Source: Candidatus Moraniibacteriota bacterium | GTDB taxonomy: Bacteria; Patescibacteriota; Minisyncoccia; Moranbacterales; UBA1568 | Length of the DNA: 64,000 nucleotides | Assembly: GCA_037201605.1 (NCBI GenBank) | Contig: JBBCGM010000002.1 | Coordinates: 144,697 to 208,696 of the forward strand | Reading direction: 5' to 3' | Part shown: one piece after another, positions 21,201 through 30,894 of the stretch | Numbering within the stretch: the stretch's first letter is position 1 | How the letters are laid out: the number at the start of each line of letters is the position of its first letter | Position numbers and translations under genes: made by a program | Notes under the pieces: model-generated | Database searches by the model: none | What the model was told of the DNA's origin: nothing | What the model saw: the letters and a program-made list of their open reading frames with translations, nothing else

Positions 21201-22510
21201 TGAACTTTATCCGTACTGGTAGTACTCAGTCCGTTGCTGCGGATGGTACATATATATTTAATACTATTAGGCCTCAAAAATAATTCAGATATAACTCCTA
21301 ATTTATCGACAGGGGAAATAACTCTTCTGCCTGGCGTATATCGTGTATCATCACAATCAGTGGGTGCCAAAAGACTGTTCATTAATGGTGTAGAGGATGC
21401 TACTTCTGGTGCTGCAACCAACACTATGATGGAACATACTATCAAAGTCTATACCCCATCTATTCTCACCATGAGAGCTGTTTCTTCTGCGACGCTCGCT
21501 CTTCAGACGAATGCAGTGCAAAGTAATATGATAATCATGAAAGTTGACTCTACCACCGCTACACTGTCATCGCTCTCTAACGGTTACGCTACCAATGCGG
21601 TCGATGGCAAGACAACAAGTGTAACTTTCACAATGCCTGCTGCGGCAAATCATGATGGAAATCTTGTATTCTTACGGTAGTAACGGCTACAGGGGCGACC
21701 GTTTCAAATGTCAGTACGCCAGTCTTTAATTCTTCAACAGGAAAAGTGACCTTTACGGCAGATATCGCGATGGCAGACGACCCCAGTTTAAATGTTCCAG
21801 ATACAAAGTCGATTACCTATAACATTACCATCGGCGCTTACAGTGCCACAGCTTCTGGAACTGTTGTAACTGATTGCTATTGCCCGGAGCGCTCAGCACC
21901 AGCCAGTCGTCTTACGCTGCGGCAAACAGCGGAGACGTAGTAAGGATCACAGCCGCCGAATACGACAGTGTAGCCCAAATTATGGGTGCAGCCCGCTATG
22001 GAATTGAAGATGCAAAAATACCGCAAGTCGAGGCTGGCTCACCGTATGAGGCGGGAAACTTTGCGATGACTTTCTGCCAAATGTTGCGGGGATTACAAAG
22101 TTACCAGCAATAATTACGTTGTCGCTTTCAAATACTATGGTGGCACTATTCCAACAAACGCATCTCAGCCTGCTACGGGCGTGGAGCATATTTCACTTCT
22201 GGGCAGCCCGACTGCAACGACCACGACCACCGGTTTTAGTCCTATCGTCACAACGAATCAGGCCATTCCTACTGCAAATGTTATAAACTATTTCGTCATA
22301 AAAACACCGAGCACTGTACCAAGCAGTACTCAAAGCGTCCAATTGGCGCTTGAGGCAGGCTCCGTAAGGTATAGGGCGACTACTTTCACAGGCGGAAGTA
22401 CTGCTTACTACACGACACCGTCTTATCCAACTCCTCCGACATCAATAGGTACAACATGGAATGCAATTGCCTTCTATCAAGCAATTGGAACACCCACAAA
22501 GAATTGGTAA
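18209..22510 (+). CDS. Tail-fibre-like repeat protein locus (one giant gene or a few genes; at least 10 frame breaks)
   Basis: Eleven overlapping or abutting + ORFs run from 18238 to 22510. Recognisable motifs are a signal-like N-terminus, GLVSTGTQTFAGDKTFTG and GLVSPGTQTFGGAKTFT, ITTGKINDLAVTNGKLAGDAVNSSKIADGSIVNADV, YQGTWNANTDTPSLS…GDWAVCNGSGWQRV and GNVGIGTDNPEFKLEI. All are fibre-type motifs as I recall them. Confidence 0.5.
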
Positions 22511-22515
22511 TCAGT

Positions 22516-23168
22516 ATGGTATTCAAGAAACTGACAAAAAAAACAAAAGGTTACATAGTAATTCCCATACTTCTTATCGGTCTTGGATGCCTCTACTACT
22601 TTGTCTTGCGAACCCCTCAACAAAAAATGGGTGCTAATTATAAAGTCGATGCAAATACAGCAAGACAAGTAATCAGTGAATTGAAGACAATTTATCCGAG
22701 CGCAGACGATAATAAGCAAATTACAGTCACTTATATCGGTGATCCTACTAGCCTTGCATCTATCGAAGACCTCAAAAAAGCTCAACCAGGTGATTATCTT
22801 ATAAAATTTGACTATCGCAATCATGCTGTATTATGGCGGTCGACGACTGAAAAAATCATTACTATTATCGACACCAATCTGTTGTTAATCTCGTAGTATC
22901 TACTACCGTTAGTGATCAATTTGCTGCGAGAATAGCGAAACTAATTGAAGCTTCTTCGCCAGCTATCAGCGTTCAGGTGATGCGGATGCAGAGCAATACG
23001 CCGCATAATATAATTGTTGTCAACAACCCTCATTTTGAAGCGAGTGCCAATGCCCTTGTGAAAGATTTAGGCGGTGAGATCGGAGAGTTGCCGGAGGGAC
23101 AAAAAGCCGATCCCGAAGCCAGTTTGCAGATATTCTTAAACCAAGAATTTGCCTTGGAGGAGAGATAG
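22516..23168 (+). CDS. Membrane-anchored protein with a possible LytR_C-like C-terminus (frame break ~22896)
   Basis: MVFKKLTKKTKGYIVIPILLIGLGCLYYFVL is an N-terminal anchor. The tail …NIIVVNNPHFEASANALVKDLGGEIGELPEGQKADPEASLQIFLN lies in ORF 22977..23168. Confidence 0.35.
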
Positions 23169-23256
23169 TATCATTAATGATGAAATGAGAAAAAACCAAG
23201 CGATGGGATATAATAATCAGAGTGAGAGAAAGATGGAGAAAAAATAAATAAAAAGT

Positions 23257-24014
23257 ATGCCAAAATCTAATGTAGAGAAGAACGAAATTTCGGATACTGC
23301 AGAATCTGTATCCATGACCAAGGACGAAGTACCGACTCTGTCTTCCTTGAAAAAAAGAGAAAAGACAGTTTTGAGAAAGACCCCTCCAACTTCAAACAAA
23401 ACCAAGAGTACGGTTTGGACCATGCTTTTTGTTGGGGCATTACTGGTAATAGCTTTGGTAATCCATGAGATCCGCTTCGAATCATTCTTCTTCTCAAAAA
23501 TCCTGATAAAGAGCTTGCCAGGGCGCTTGCGGCGTAGAAGAGTATATGCTCTTGCCTCAAGGAGAGGAAGCGATCCTTGCCACTGTGAAGGATGCCAAAA
23601 CCCTGACAGCAGACCAACCCTTTTTACCGGAAGCATTGATGGCGATCAACTCTTAGTTTTTCCAGAGTCGCGCAAAGCAATTATTTGGAGTCCAACGCGT
23701 AAGATAATCGTGAATGCTGGTCCAATTCAGGATAATATGGCTGCAAATAATGCGAGTGGAGAATCATCAGTAAAGATCCTCAGAACCCTGTAGCTATGGA
23801 AGCTACTGCTTCGCAGAGAGAAACCGTATCGGTTGAGGTTCGGAACGGCACCAGTGAAAGTGGCTTGGCCTCTCGGATAGCGGATGATATTAAGGACCGC
23901 GAAGGTTTTGATGTAAGTACGGTCGGGGACGCGGCGAATCAAGAGTACGAGCAAACAGTCATTTTTGTCCTGACACAGAGTGAATCAGTACGTACTCGAG
24001 CCAAGAGCTCCTAG
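23257..24014 (+). CDS. Membrane-anchored LytR_C-domain-like protein (frame breaks)
   Basis: A TM helix (VWTMLFVGALLVIALVI), then VSVEVRNGTSESGLASRIADDIKDREGFDVSTVGDAANQEYEQTVIF in ORF 23796..24014. Confidence 0.4.
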
Positions 24015-24147
24015 AAGCATTCAAAGCCGAAAGGATTGAGACACTTCCATCTGGTGAAAAGACAACTGGAGGGGATATCTTAATGATACTAGGTGCAAAT
24101 TAAAAAGGAGAGTAGTAAGAGAAGAAATACAAACAAAAAAAGAGATC

Positions 24148-25403
24148 ATGACTGTGTATGCCCGTCCATGTTTATCACCAATACGATATATCCTTGTGAC
24201 AGGAACATTTTTAGGATGGTTTTTGTGGCTTTTTTTCTTAATGTTTCTTTCTTCCTGTGCTGGCTTCTGAAACTGAGGGTATCATCCTCACTGGCGGTAA
24301 CGAGGGACACGCCTGGAGCGATCAGGTGGGCTGGATCAACTTTGGGACTTTCAAACGGTGCCATTAGAATACTGATGCTGGCCTTACTGGTTTTGCCTGG
24401 AGCACGAATACCGGTTGGATAAATATGTCTCCAGCCAATGGAGGGGTAGCGGTCGCGGATAATGGATCGCTTTCCGGTAGTGCGTGGGGAGAGGGTCTTG
24501 GCTGGATTGATTTCTCTAATGTATCTATTGATGCAACTGGACTATTTGTTGGCACAGCAACAGGAGACCAGGTGGGTACTATCAATTTCAACTGCGCGAA
24601 TTGCTCTGTACGTACTGACTACCGAGCTGTTGATTTTCGTGACATTGAGGAAGAGGCTTCTGATGAATCTTCTGATAATGACGGAGACGGCTCGTCCGAC
24701 CGAGAAAGGGTTTCATCGACAGCTCTTGGCAACCCTATTTTTTCTGATACAGGAACACAGACAAATAATGAAGTATCTACTGGAGGGGACTGAAGAAGAA
24801 AATGGTAATCCATCTCAACTGTTTGATATTCGGCTTCTTATTAATCAGCCGATCGTTCCAAGTATTACGGATCTAGTTGCTCAGGTGACATTTGAGAGCT
24901 TCGGAAACGTGCCAACGCCGGTCGAGATGTATTTTATGATCCTCGATAGCTCTGGAAATGTTTCGTGGGAGGGTGTCGAAACTGTTACTGTGGAGACGAC
25001 TCTAGTATTTACTAAAAATTTCGGCGATCTCCACCAGCGTCCTGATGGAAATTACACGCTTCGTCTTCGAACACTTTATAATAATGGGGTCGAGGATACC
25101 TTTGAAGAGTCCTTTGAGATACGAACTGATAAAGGAAAGGCCTGGTGGATTCTCTGGGTAATTGGAGCGTTTCTTCTGATTTTATTTGTGCTATGGCTCC
25201 TTCTTTGGAAGCGTTGCGTATGTGATTGCAAAGAAGAAGATAAAGAATGTTTGGCCAACTGTGAGGAGAAGGTGTCAGTGGCGAAAAAGATATATTGCCA
25301 CAGGCATGTCATTTTCAGTCGGACTGCTGGGAGTAAGCCTCTACGCTATGCTTTTTGCAGTTATCTTCAAGGGTGGATGGCTCAATCTTTCTTTTCGGGA
25401 TGA
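24148..25403 (+). CDS. Secreted GW-repeat protein (GWINF / GWINM / GWIDF) with a beta-sandwich-like region and a C-terminal TM (frame breaks)
   Basis: Collinear pieces 24093..24422, 24425..24793 and 24462..25403. The motif W(S/G)…GWI(N/D)(F/M) recurs. The C-terminal anchor is AWWILWVIGAFLLILFVLWLLLW. Confidence 0.45.
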
Positions 25404-25671
25404 GTTTGGTAACATGCTGATCTTTGCGATATTTACAGCATTTGCCTGGATAGCTAAGTCATATATGTTGAAGGATAAGGCGCGTACGCTTGTGATCGTT
25501 GGCGCACTGATAATTATGACAAAGATTCTGGTAGAAATTATTCTGCGAGACTATGTAGTAAGCGTCCGGAAAGTGGTATCGAGTTCTACCTCTTTCTTTC
25601 AGGATCGCTACTTTCAGCGGAGTATTGTGCATATTGGCAGCAACTCACAGGCTCTCATCACAATTAAATAA
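25306..25671 (+). CDS. Small integral membrane protein
   Basis: MSFSVGLLGVSLYAMLFAVIF…, three hydrophobic helices. This is an internal Met of ORF 25186..25671. Confidence 0.4.
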   Translation: MSFSVGLLGVSLYAMLFAVIFKGGWLNLSFRDEFGNMLIFAIFTAFAWIAKSYMLKDKARTLVIVGALIIMTKILVEIILRDYVVSVRKVVSSSTSFFQDRYFQRSIVHIGSNSQALITIK

Positions 25672-25677
25672 AAAAGC

Positions 25678-25944
25678 ATGACTTCCATTCCAGTAAGCAC
25701 CATGTTGGCTGTAGGTTGCTCCACCATCATGTTTTGGGTAGTGAGTATGCTGATCATTAGTCATAAAAAGATTTGGGCGTTCTTTCCATTTTTTCTCTGG
25801 GCCGCTTTGTTTAATGTGTTTGGAGCATTGAGTTATTATAACCTCACTTCTCGCTCTATCGAGATATCTCTCAATCTAGCACTCTTCAGTTTTTATCTTC
25901 TTATGCTGATCGTCTTACTCCGTCTTATTCGTAAACAATTATGA
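25678..25944 (+). CDS. Small integral membrane protein (88 aa)
   Basis: Three predicted TM helices. It starts 7 nt after the previous stop. Confidence 0.45.
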   Translation: MTSIPVSTMLAVGCSTIMFWVVSMLIISHKKIWAFFPFFLWAALFNVFGALSYYNLTSRSIEISLNLALFSFYLLMLIVLLRLIRKQL

Positions 25945-26416
25945 TGAATATAGCTCCACTTATTCTTGCTAGCGAATTTCTTCAGCACGTTCTTGTTATT
26001 GTTCTTGTTGGTATTGTCTGCGTCGATGTTTTCGAGCATGGTCAGGTACTTCTCAAGAAAAAGGGGAGTCCTGTTTTCTCTTAGCTGCGATTTTATTAGC
26101 AGCCATTTCGTCCATATCAAGCTACTTTGTTGATTTGAACAGTGAAATGTACTGCATGTTCGTTCACGTCCCTATTGCGATTTTAGTACCGTTATTCATA
26201 TGGCGTGCCCTTCGACACACAAAGAATAGGCGAATAGTTAGTCTGTGGCTTGCTCTCGTCCTCGTGGAGCTTTCTTTCGATAAGTATTTGTGTCTTTCAC
26301 GTACATCTCGATATGTATGTTGATTGGATGGAACTCGCTCATGCAGTTATTGATACAGCAGAAATCATCCTCCTCTACTTTCTTGTTATTTGTCATTGCA
26401 TCATGGAACCAAAAAA

Positions 26417-27017
26417 ATGAGATTCATACTGCGCAACTCCACTCTTTTTTCTGTAACTGCTTTTATAGTAGGCGGCTTTTTTATTCCCCAATCAACCTCC
26501 GCATTAAGTATTGCAACATATATAAGTGATCAGTCATCAGAGGTACTGAGCGGCGATAGGCTATATTTTCAGGTCGAGGTTAAATATCCTGAAAACCAGG
26601 ACCGAATCGATTTACGTGTCGATATCAGATAGTCGAAAATGGAGAAGTAATAGCTCGCTCGCAGGTATTGGCGCGCGGTCGAAACACAAGCATCTTTTTC
26701 TTGATTATATCGTCGTACCGAAAAGTGCAGATGATGGTCTCCATGATTTACGTGTCGTGATTACCGATTATGACGGAGAATTAAATGAAGAGGTGATAAC
26801 TACGTTTACGGTACTCAAGGGAGCAAATCAAGTTACCACATACTTTTTCATCCTTCTTGGCACTATTTTAATTGGTAGGAGTGCTTGTAATGGTACAGAT
26901 AGTTTTTTTGAGTCGGCGAGGGGAAAATATTGCGTCCAGCATAATAATGTCTTGATATTAGTGACAGTAGAGTGTAATTTTATGATCCTTTCCTGTGTAA
27001 CTTTTGTCACTTTTTAG
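26417..27017 (+). CDS. Secreted protein with a C-terminal TM segment (frame break ~26630)
   Basis: Signal peptide MRFILRNSTLFSVTAFIVGGFFIPQSTSA. The organisation (beta-rich region, then the TM YFFILLGTILIG) parallels the C-terminal half of 24148..25403. Confidence 0.4.
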
Positions 27018-27110
27018 CCTGCACGAGACGCGTTGAAAGGAGACTTGAAAATATGCTAAAATCTCCTTAACTGGCTTGATTTCTTTTGGTTCTAACACGA
27101 GACGGCCCGC
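26997..27110 (+). repeat. 114-nt repeat element, copy B
   Basis: Direct-orientation partner of 17793-17906. It overlaps the last 7 codons of the preceding ORF, as copy A overlaps a short ORF remnant ending …ITF*. Confidence 0.8.
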
Positions 27111-27144
27111 ACTGAGTATTAGTATCGGATGACCCAGATACGCG

Positions 27145-27169
27145 AAACCGCCAAAGATGGCGGTTTTTT
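27145..27169 (+). terminator. Rho-independent terminator
   Basis: AAACCGCC-AAAGAT-GGCGGTTTTTT. Confidence 0.75.
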
Positions 27170-27212
27170 GGTGGTATCATAGAATCATTGAATTTTCCTT
27201 AGAAGCATAGCC

Positions 27213-28031
27213 ATGCTCAACTTTTTTTCATCAAAAAGAGAGAATGAGAAATTCGGTCTTCCGCATGCAGTGCTTAATCTTTCCAAAATCGGACTCCGCT
27301 ATTTTCGCATAGGCATAAATGCTTCCCTGGAATCTCAGGAAAAGCTGGTGGCCAAATTAGTGAACCATCCGAATGTCGGATGGATTTTTTTATGCCGAAG
27401 GATACTTTAATTTAGCCGTCGGCATTTGGGCAAAAGACAATGCGGAAATTAATGATGTGAGTCAGCAGGTACGGAATATCTTAAGCCCTGACGATGAAAT
27501 CATTTTCCAATCGGAACTTACGAGCCTGTACAGCTTTGGGAATCGGCCGGTATCAGGAAATGGAGAGCCTATGTGCATAGTCGATTCTACGCTCAGTCCC
27601 ATAAATCTTGCTCCCTTAGAGATTGATTATCTGAAACTCGTGGCTCTGGATAGCTCGCTCCAAAAGAAGAATTAGCGAAAGTTTTGAGCGTCGATGTCTC
27701 TCGTCTGAGGAACTAGAGAAGAATCTTATAAGTACAGGAGTGATTGTGGGACAGCAGGAACGGATAAATTACGGGGGCATATACCTCAAGGTATTCGTAG
27801 ATACGCTTAGTCGGAAAACAAAGGGAGCGGAAAGTGAAACTCGTAAAAAAACTTTGGAAAGATGAAGCTTGCATATATTTTGCTCGTGCCAACAGCAAGT
27901 ACGACTTGGAATTCGAGCTCATTCTGAATAACAAATCCCAGCAAAAAGAGTATCTGGAAAACTTTTCCGACTACAAAACGGCAGTTCTGACCAAGAATGT
28001 CTATACCAACCTCTATCCGGTAAATAGGTAG
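27213..28031 (+). CDS. Lrp/AsnC-like regulator with tandem RAM-like modules and an internal HTH (frame breaks)
   Basis: …LVAKLVNHPNVGWIF/YAEGYFNLAVGIWAKDNAEINDV… is RAM-like. LEIDYLKLVALDSSLQKKELAKVLSVDVSRL is wHTH-like. A second module follows: GIYLKVFVDT… /ACIYFARANSKYDLEFELIL. Confidence 0.35.
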
Positions 28032-28176
28032 CCAATCTAAAAGAGATCAAAGACACCCTCCTCAAGCAGGAAGGAAGCGAAATCAATCTCAAAAATTCCA
28101 AACTCTGGTATTTGAATTATGCTGGCGCCGAAGCCTATCTGAATATCTATTCTGGAACAAGCACTATTTCGAAACT

Positions 28177-28521
28177 ATGGAGAAAGGTGAACTCGATCTG
28201 TTCGATGAAATCGCAAAATATCTGAACCAACAGTACCCTGAGGAGCGATTCAGCCTAGTTGATATAGGTAGCGGAGATGGCCAGAAGGCAAGAGTATTTG
28301 CCGAAAAAGTAGGAGAAAAATTGATAAAAGCTTACTACCCTGTCGATATCCAGCCAATAGAATTAGCCGCTGCTTTGTATGCTCATTCTGAGGGAAAGTA
28401 CGCAAAACACCCGACACTGCTCGATTTCGCCAATCTTTCTTCGCGCTTTCCTCTCAAGATGCAGCCCAACGAAAAACAATTTTATGAGAAGTGGATTGGC
28501 ATCACCCTCCCAACGGATTGA
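28177..28521 (+). pseudogene. SAM-dependent methyltransferase fragment (EgtD / methyltransf_33-like), 3'-truncated
   Basis: FSLVDIGSGDGQKARVF is a motif I. Similarity ends near ~28485, where the sequence becomes the antisense of the hsdM remnant. Confidence 0.4.
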
Positions 28522-29450
28522 ATAAGGTGGATTGGAAACAATGGGCATCAAAGGGCTCGTCGTCCCAGTGTTTTGGATCAATGAGCGTGTCCCCATGCGC
28601 AATATTAAAGTGGTTATAGTTTATATCATGCAAAAACATGTTAATACGTGCGAGATTATAAGTCGTAAGATTAATTTCCCTGACCGAAGAATCCTATTTG
28701 TACGTTTTCCTTGCCAAGAACTTTGGGCGAACTTGAGAAGAAGAGAACCAGAGCCACAGGCTGGGTCGTATACCTTGTTTACTTCTTTTTTTCCAATCGT
28801 GGTAGATTTGTGCAAGAAGCTCACTTACTTCTTGCGGCGTGTAGAATTCGCCACCCCGATTTACCAGCACTGGAAGCATACATAGTCATGAGGAACTCGT
28901 ATGCATCACCGAAGGCATCTATGGTGTTGTCGGTATACGCACCAAGCTTGAGATCCCCGATAGCATCCAGGAGCTTGACTAGCCGTTCATTTCGCCGCTC
29001 CACAGTATTACCAAGCTTGTTGCTATTTACATCCAAATCGTCAAAGAGACCCTTGATATCGTTCTCGCTATCAGCACCTTTAGCAGAGTTTTCAATATTA
29101 CGGAACACTATGGCAAGGGTTTCATTAAGGTTCGTGTCGTTCTTTGCTTTCTTACGGACATTCACAAAAAAGTTCTGACGGAGGGATGTAGAAGCCCTTT
29201 TCTTTCACTGTGTCGACACGCCCGAATTCAGCCTCTCTTGTCGGAGAGAGCAGCATAGTCAAAATCCTTACGGCCAGCACGGCGCTCGTCTTCATTTATA
29301 TAGATAGTAAGATTCTCACTAATGAAACGATAAAAAAGCATGCCAAGAACATACTGTTTTGAAGTCCCAGCCATCCACACTTCCCCGTAAATCATTAGCA
29401 ATCTGCCAGATAGCACGATGCAATTCTGAACGCTCCTGTTCTTTTGTCAT
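28487..29450 (-). pseudogene. hsdM: Type I restriction-modification N6-adenine methylase HsdM, frame-shifted and 3'-truncated
   Basis: Collinear minus-strand pieces carry LHRAIWQIANDLRGSVDGWDFK, YVLGMLFYRFISENL, GEFYTPQEVSELLA, VYDPACGSGSLLL and [12 protein letters not shown]. The sequence stops being HsdM-like after …ANPLLI. No hsdS or hsdR lies nearby. Confidence 0.8.
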
Positions 29451-29899
29451 ATTTTTTAATCTGTACCCCCTTTTTATACATCGGAAAATACGGAAGTGCA
29501 TCCAGAGCAATATAATTAAACATCCAATAATTTGCTCTCCGAGCAGTTTCTGAGAGTTGATGTTTTTTGAGATGCTTTTTAGGAATAAAGGGGTAGAAGC
29601 GTATTTCTTGGTGCGTTCCCGTTTTATCTTCCCACTTGAAATTTGCAATGAGTGGCGGTACTGAAAATCCAGACTTTAAAACCTTATCAATAATCTCCCA
29701 GCCAGCTCCAAAAATAATGTTTTTTGGTTTGCAATTATTAGTCTTCACTTGAGCTCGGAAAGAGCATCCTGTGCATTGGACATTCATACAAAGGGTAATT
29801 CTTAGGTAGAAGCATGAGTTTTTTTGAGCAATTTGGGCAAGAAACTAACTCCACGACATCAAGTTCACCCTGGTCACCAGAGATATGATTTTTTGCCAT
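29395..29899 (-). CDS. DpnI-like (restriction-endonuclease-like) protein (frame break ~29790)
   Basis: MAKNHISGDQGELDVVELVSCPNCSKKLMLLPKNYPLY|VQCTGCSFRAQVKTNN…IIFGAGWEIIDKVL follows the CPNC…NxP…DxxCxxC…xxK…GAx pattern of the DpnI catalytic domain as I recall it. Confidence 0.45.
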
Positions 29900-29901
29900 A
29901 T

Positions 29902-30079
29902 CTATTTTTTCCAATCCTTAATTTGTACTCCCCCGCGAATACGCTTGATGACGACTTTCTGCTTTTCCTTCCAGCCGAGCTCACGCACGACACCAATAGG
30001 CAAAGTAAGACCCGATAGACTTCCCACCTACCTTGGTGAGTTTCCTGATATTTTCTTCTCCCCTCTTCTTGTCTGCCAT
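29902..30079 (-). CDS. AbrB/MazE/SpoVT-family DNA-binding protein (one frame break)
   Basis: MADKKRGEENIRKLTKVGGKS|SLTLPIGVVRELGWKEKQKVVIKRIRGGVQIKDWKK*. The stop is 2 nt before the DpnI-like start codon. Confidence 0.55.
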
Positions 30080-30097
30080 AGGTGAAATATGTACGGG

Positions 30098-30120
30098 ATT
30101 ACGTAATCTTTTACGTAATT
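30098..30120. promoter_or_regulatory. Two TTACGTAA palindromes upstream of the AbrB-like gene (candidate operator)
   Basis: ATTACGTAAT (30098-30107) and TTACGTAATT (30111-30120) lie 19-41 nt upstream of the minus-strand ATG at 30079. Confidence 0.45.
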
Positions 30121-30172
30121 CTATTCTACCACCAATCCCCCTTCCTTCTCCAGAAAAGGCTTTGTAGAGCCT

Positions 30173-30865
30173 CTACATCATAGCCTCAGCATCTTCAGAC
30201 TCGATCTGCTTGGCGATAGCAGCCGCTACTTCTTCGGCCGTGTCTACGACCGGAGCGGGCGCGCCTTCCGGAAGGACATATCTCGCGCCTCGGGAGTTCT
30301 GGCCGAATTCGGTAGCCGTCATCTTGGGATGGAAGACGCTCACGACGATCTTGTCGGGTGCGAGCTCGGCACGGGCGGTGAGCGAAATGGCGTTTAAGGC
30401 GTACTTGGTCGAAGCATAGGCGGCAAGCCCCGGATAGAGGTTCTTGGAGACCATGGAGCTAATGTTTACGATCATGCCTCCGCCCTGCTTGCGCATGAGA
30501 GGAATAACGGCTTGCATGGCGCGCACCACAGAGAAGACGTTTAAGTCCATGATGGACCGGTAGTCGTCGAGATTGATGGTCTCGACCGGCGCCGAGAGGC
30601 CCTGGCCGGCATTGTTGACCAGGATATCGACGCGCCCGAAATGCTCGACTGTTTTCGCCACGAGGTTCTCGATGTCTTCGGGTTTGTGCATATCGGTCGG
30701 GACCGAAAACGAGCCGGGAATCTCGTGCTCGAGCGCAGAGAGCTTGTCGGCGGAACGTGCGGCAAGTACCACTTTGGCACCCTGCAGAGCAAGCGTACGG
30801 GCCAGGGCCAGGCCGATACCCCCGGAAGCGCCGGTAATGATAATGACAGAATCTTTGATGTTCAT
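30173..30865 (-). CDS. Short-chain dehydrogenase/reductase (SDR) family oxidoreductase
   Basis: Intact 230-aa ORF with TGASGGIG, NNAG and the YxxxK region (YASTKYAL). Confidence 0.85.
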   Translation of the reverse strand: MNIKDSVIIITGASGGIGLALARTLALQGAKVVLAARSADKLSALEHEIPGSFSVPTDMHKPEDIENLVAKTVEHFGRVDILVNNAGQGLSAPVETINLDDYRSIMDLNVFSVVRAMQAVIPLMRKQGGGMIVNISSMVSKNLYPGLAAYASTKYALNAISLTARAELAPDKIVVSVFHPKMTATEFGQNSRGARYVLPEGAPAPVVDTAEEVAAAIAKQIESEDAEAMM

Positions 30866-30894
30866 AGAGCTAGTATTATGCTTATTTTTCTCTA

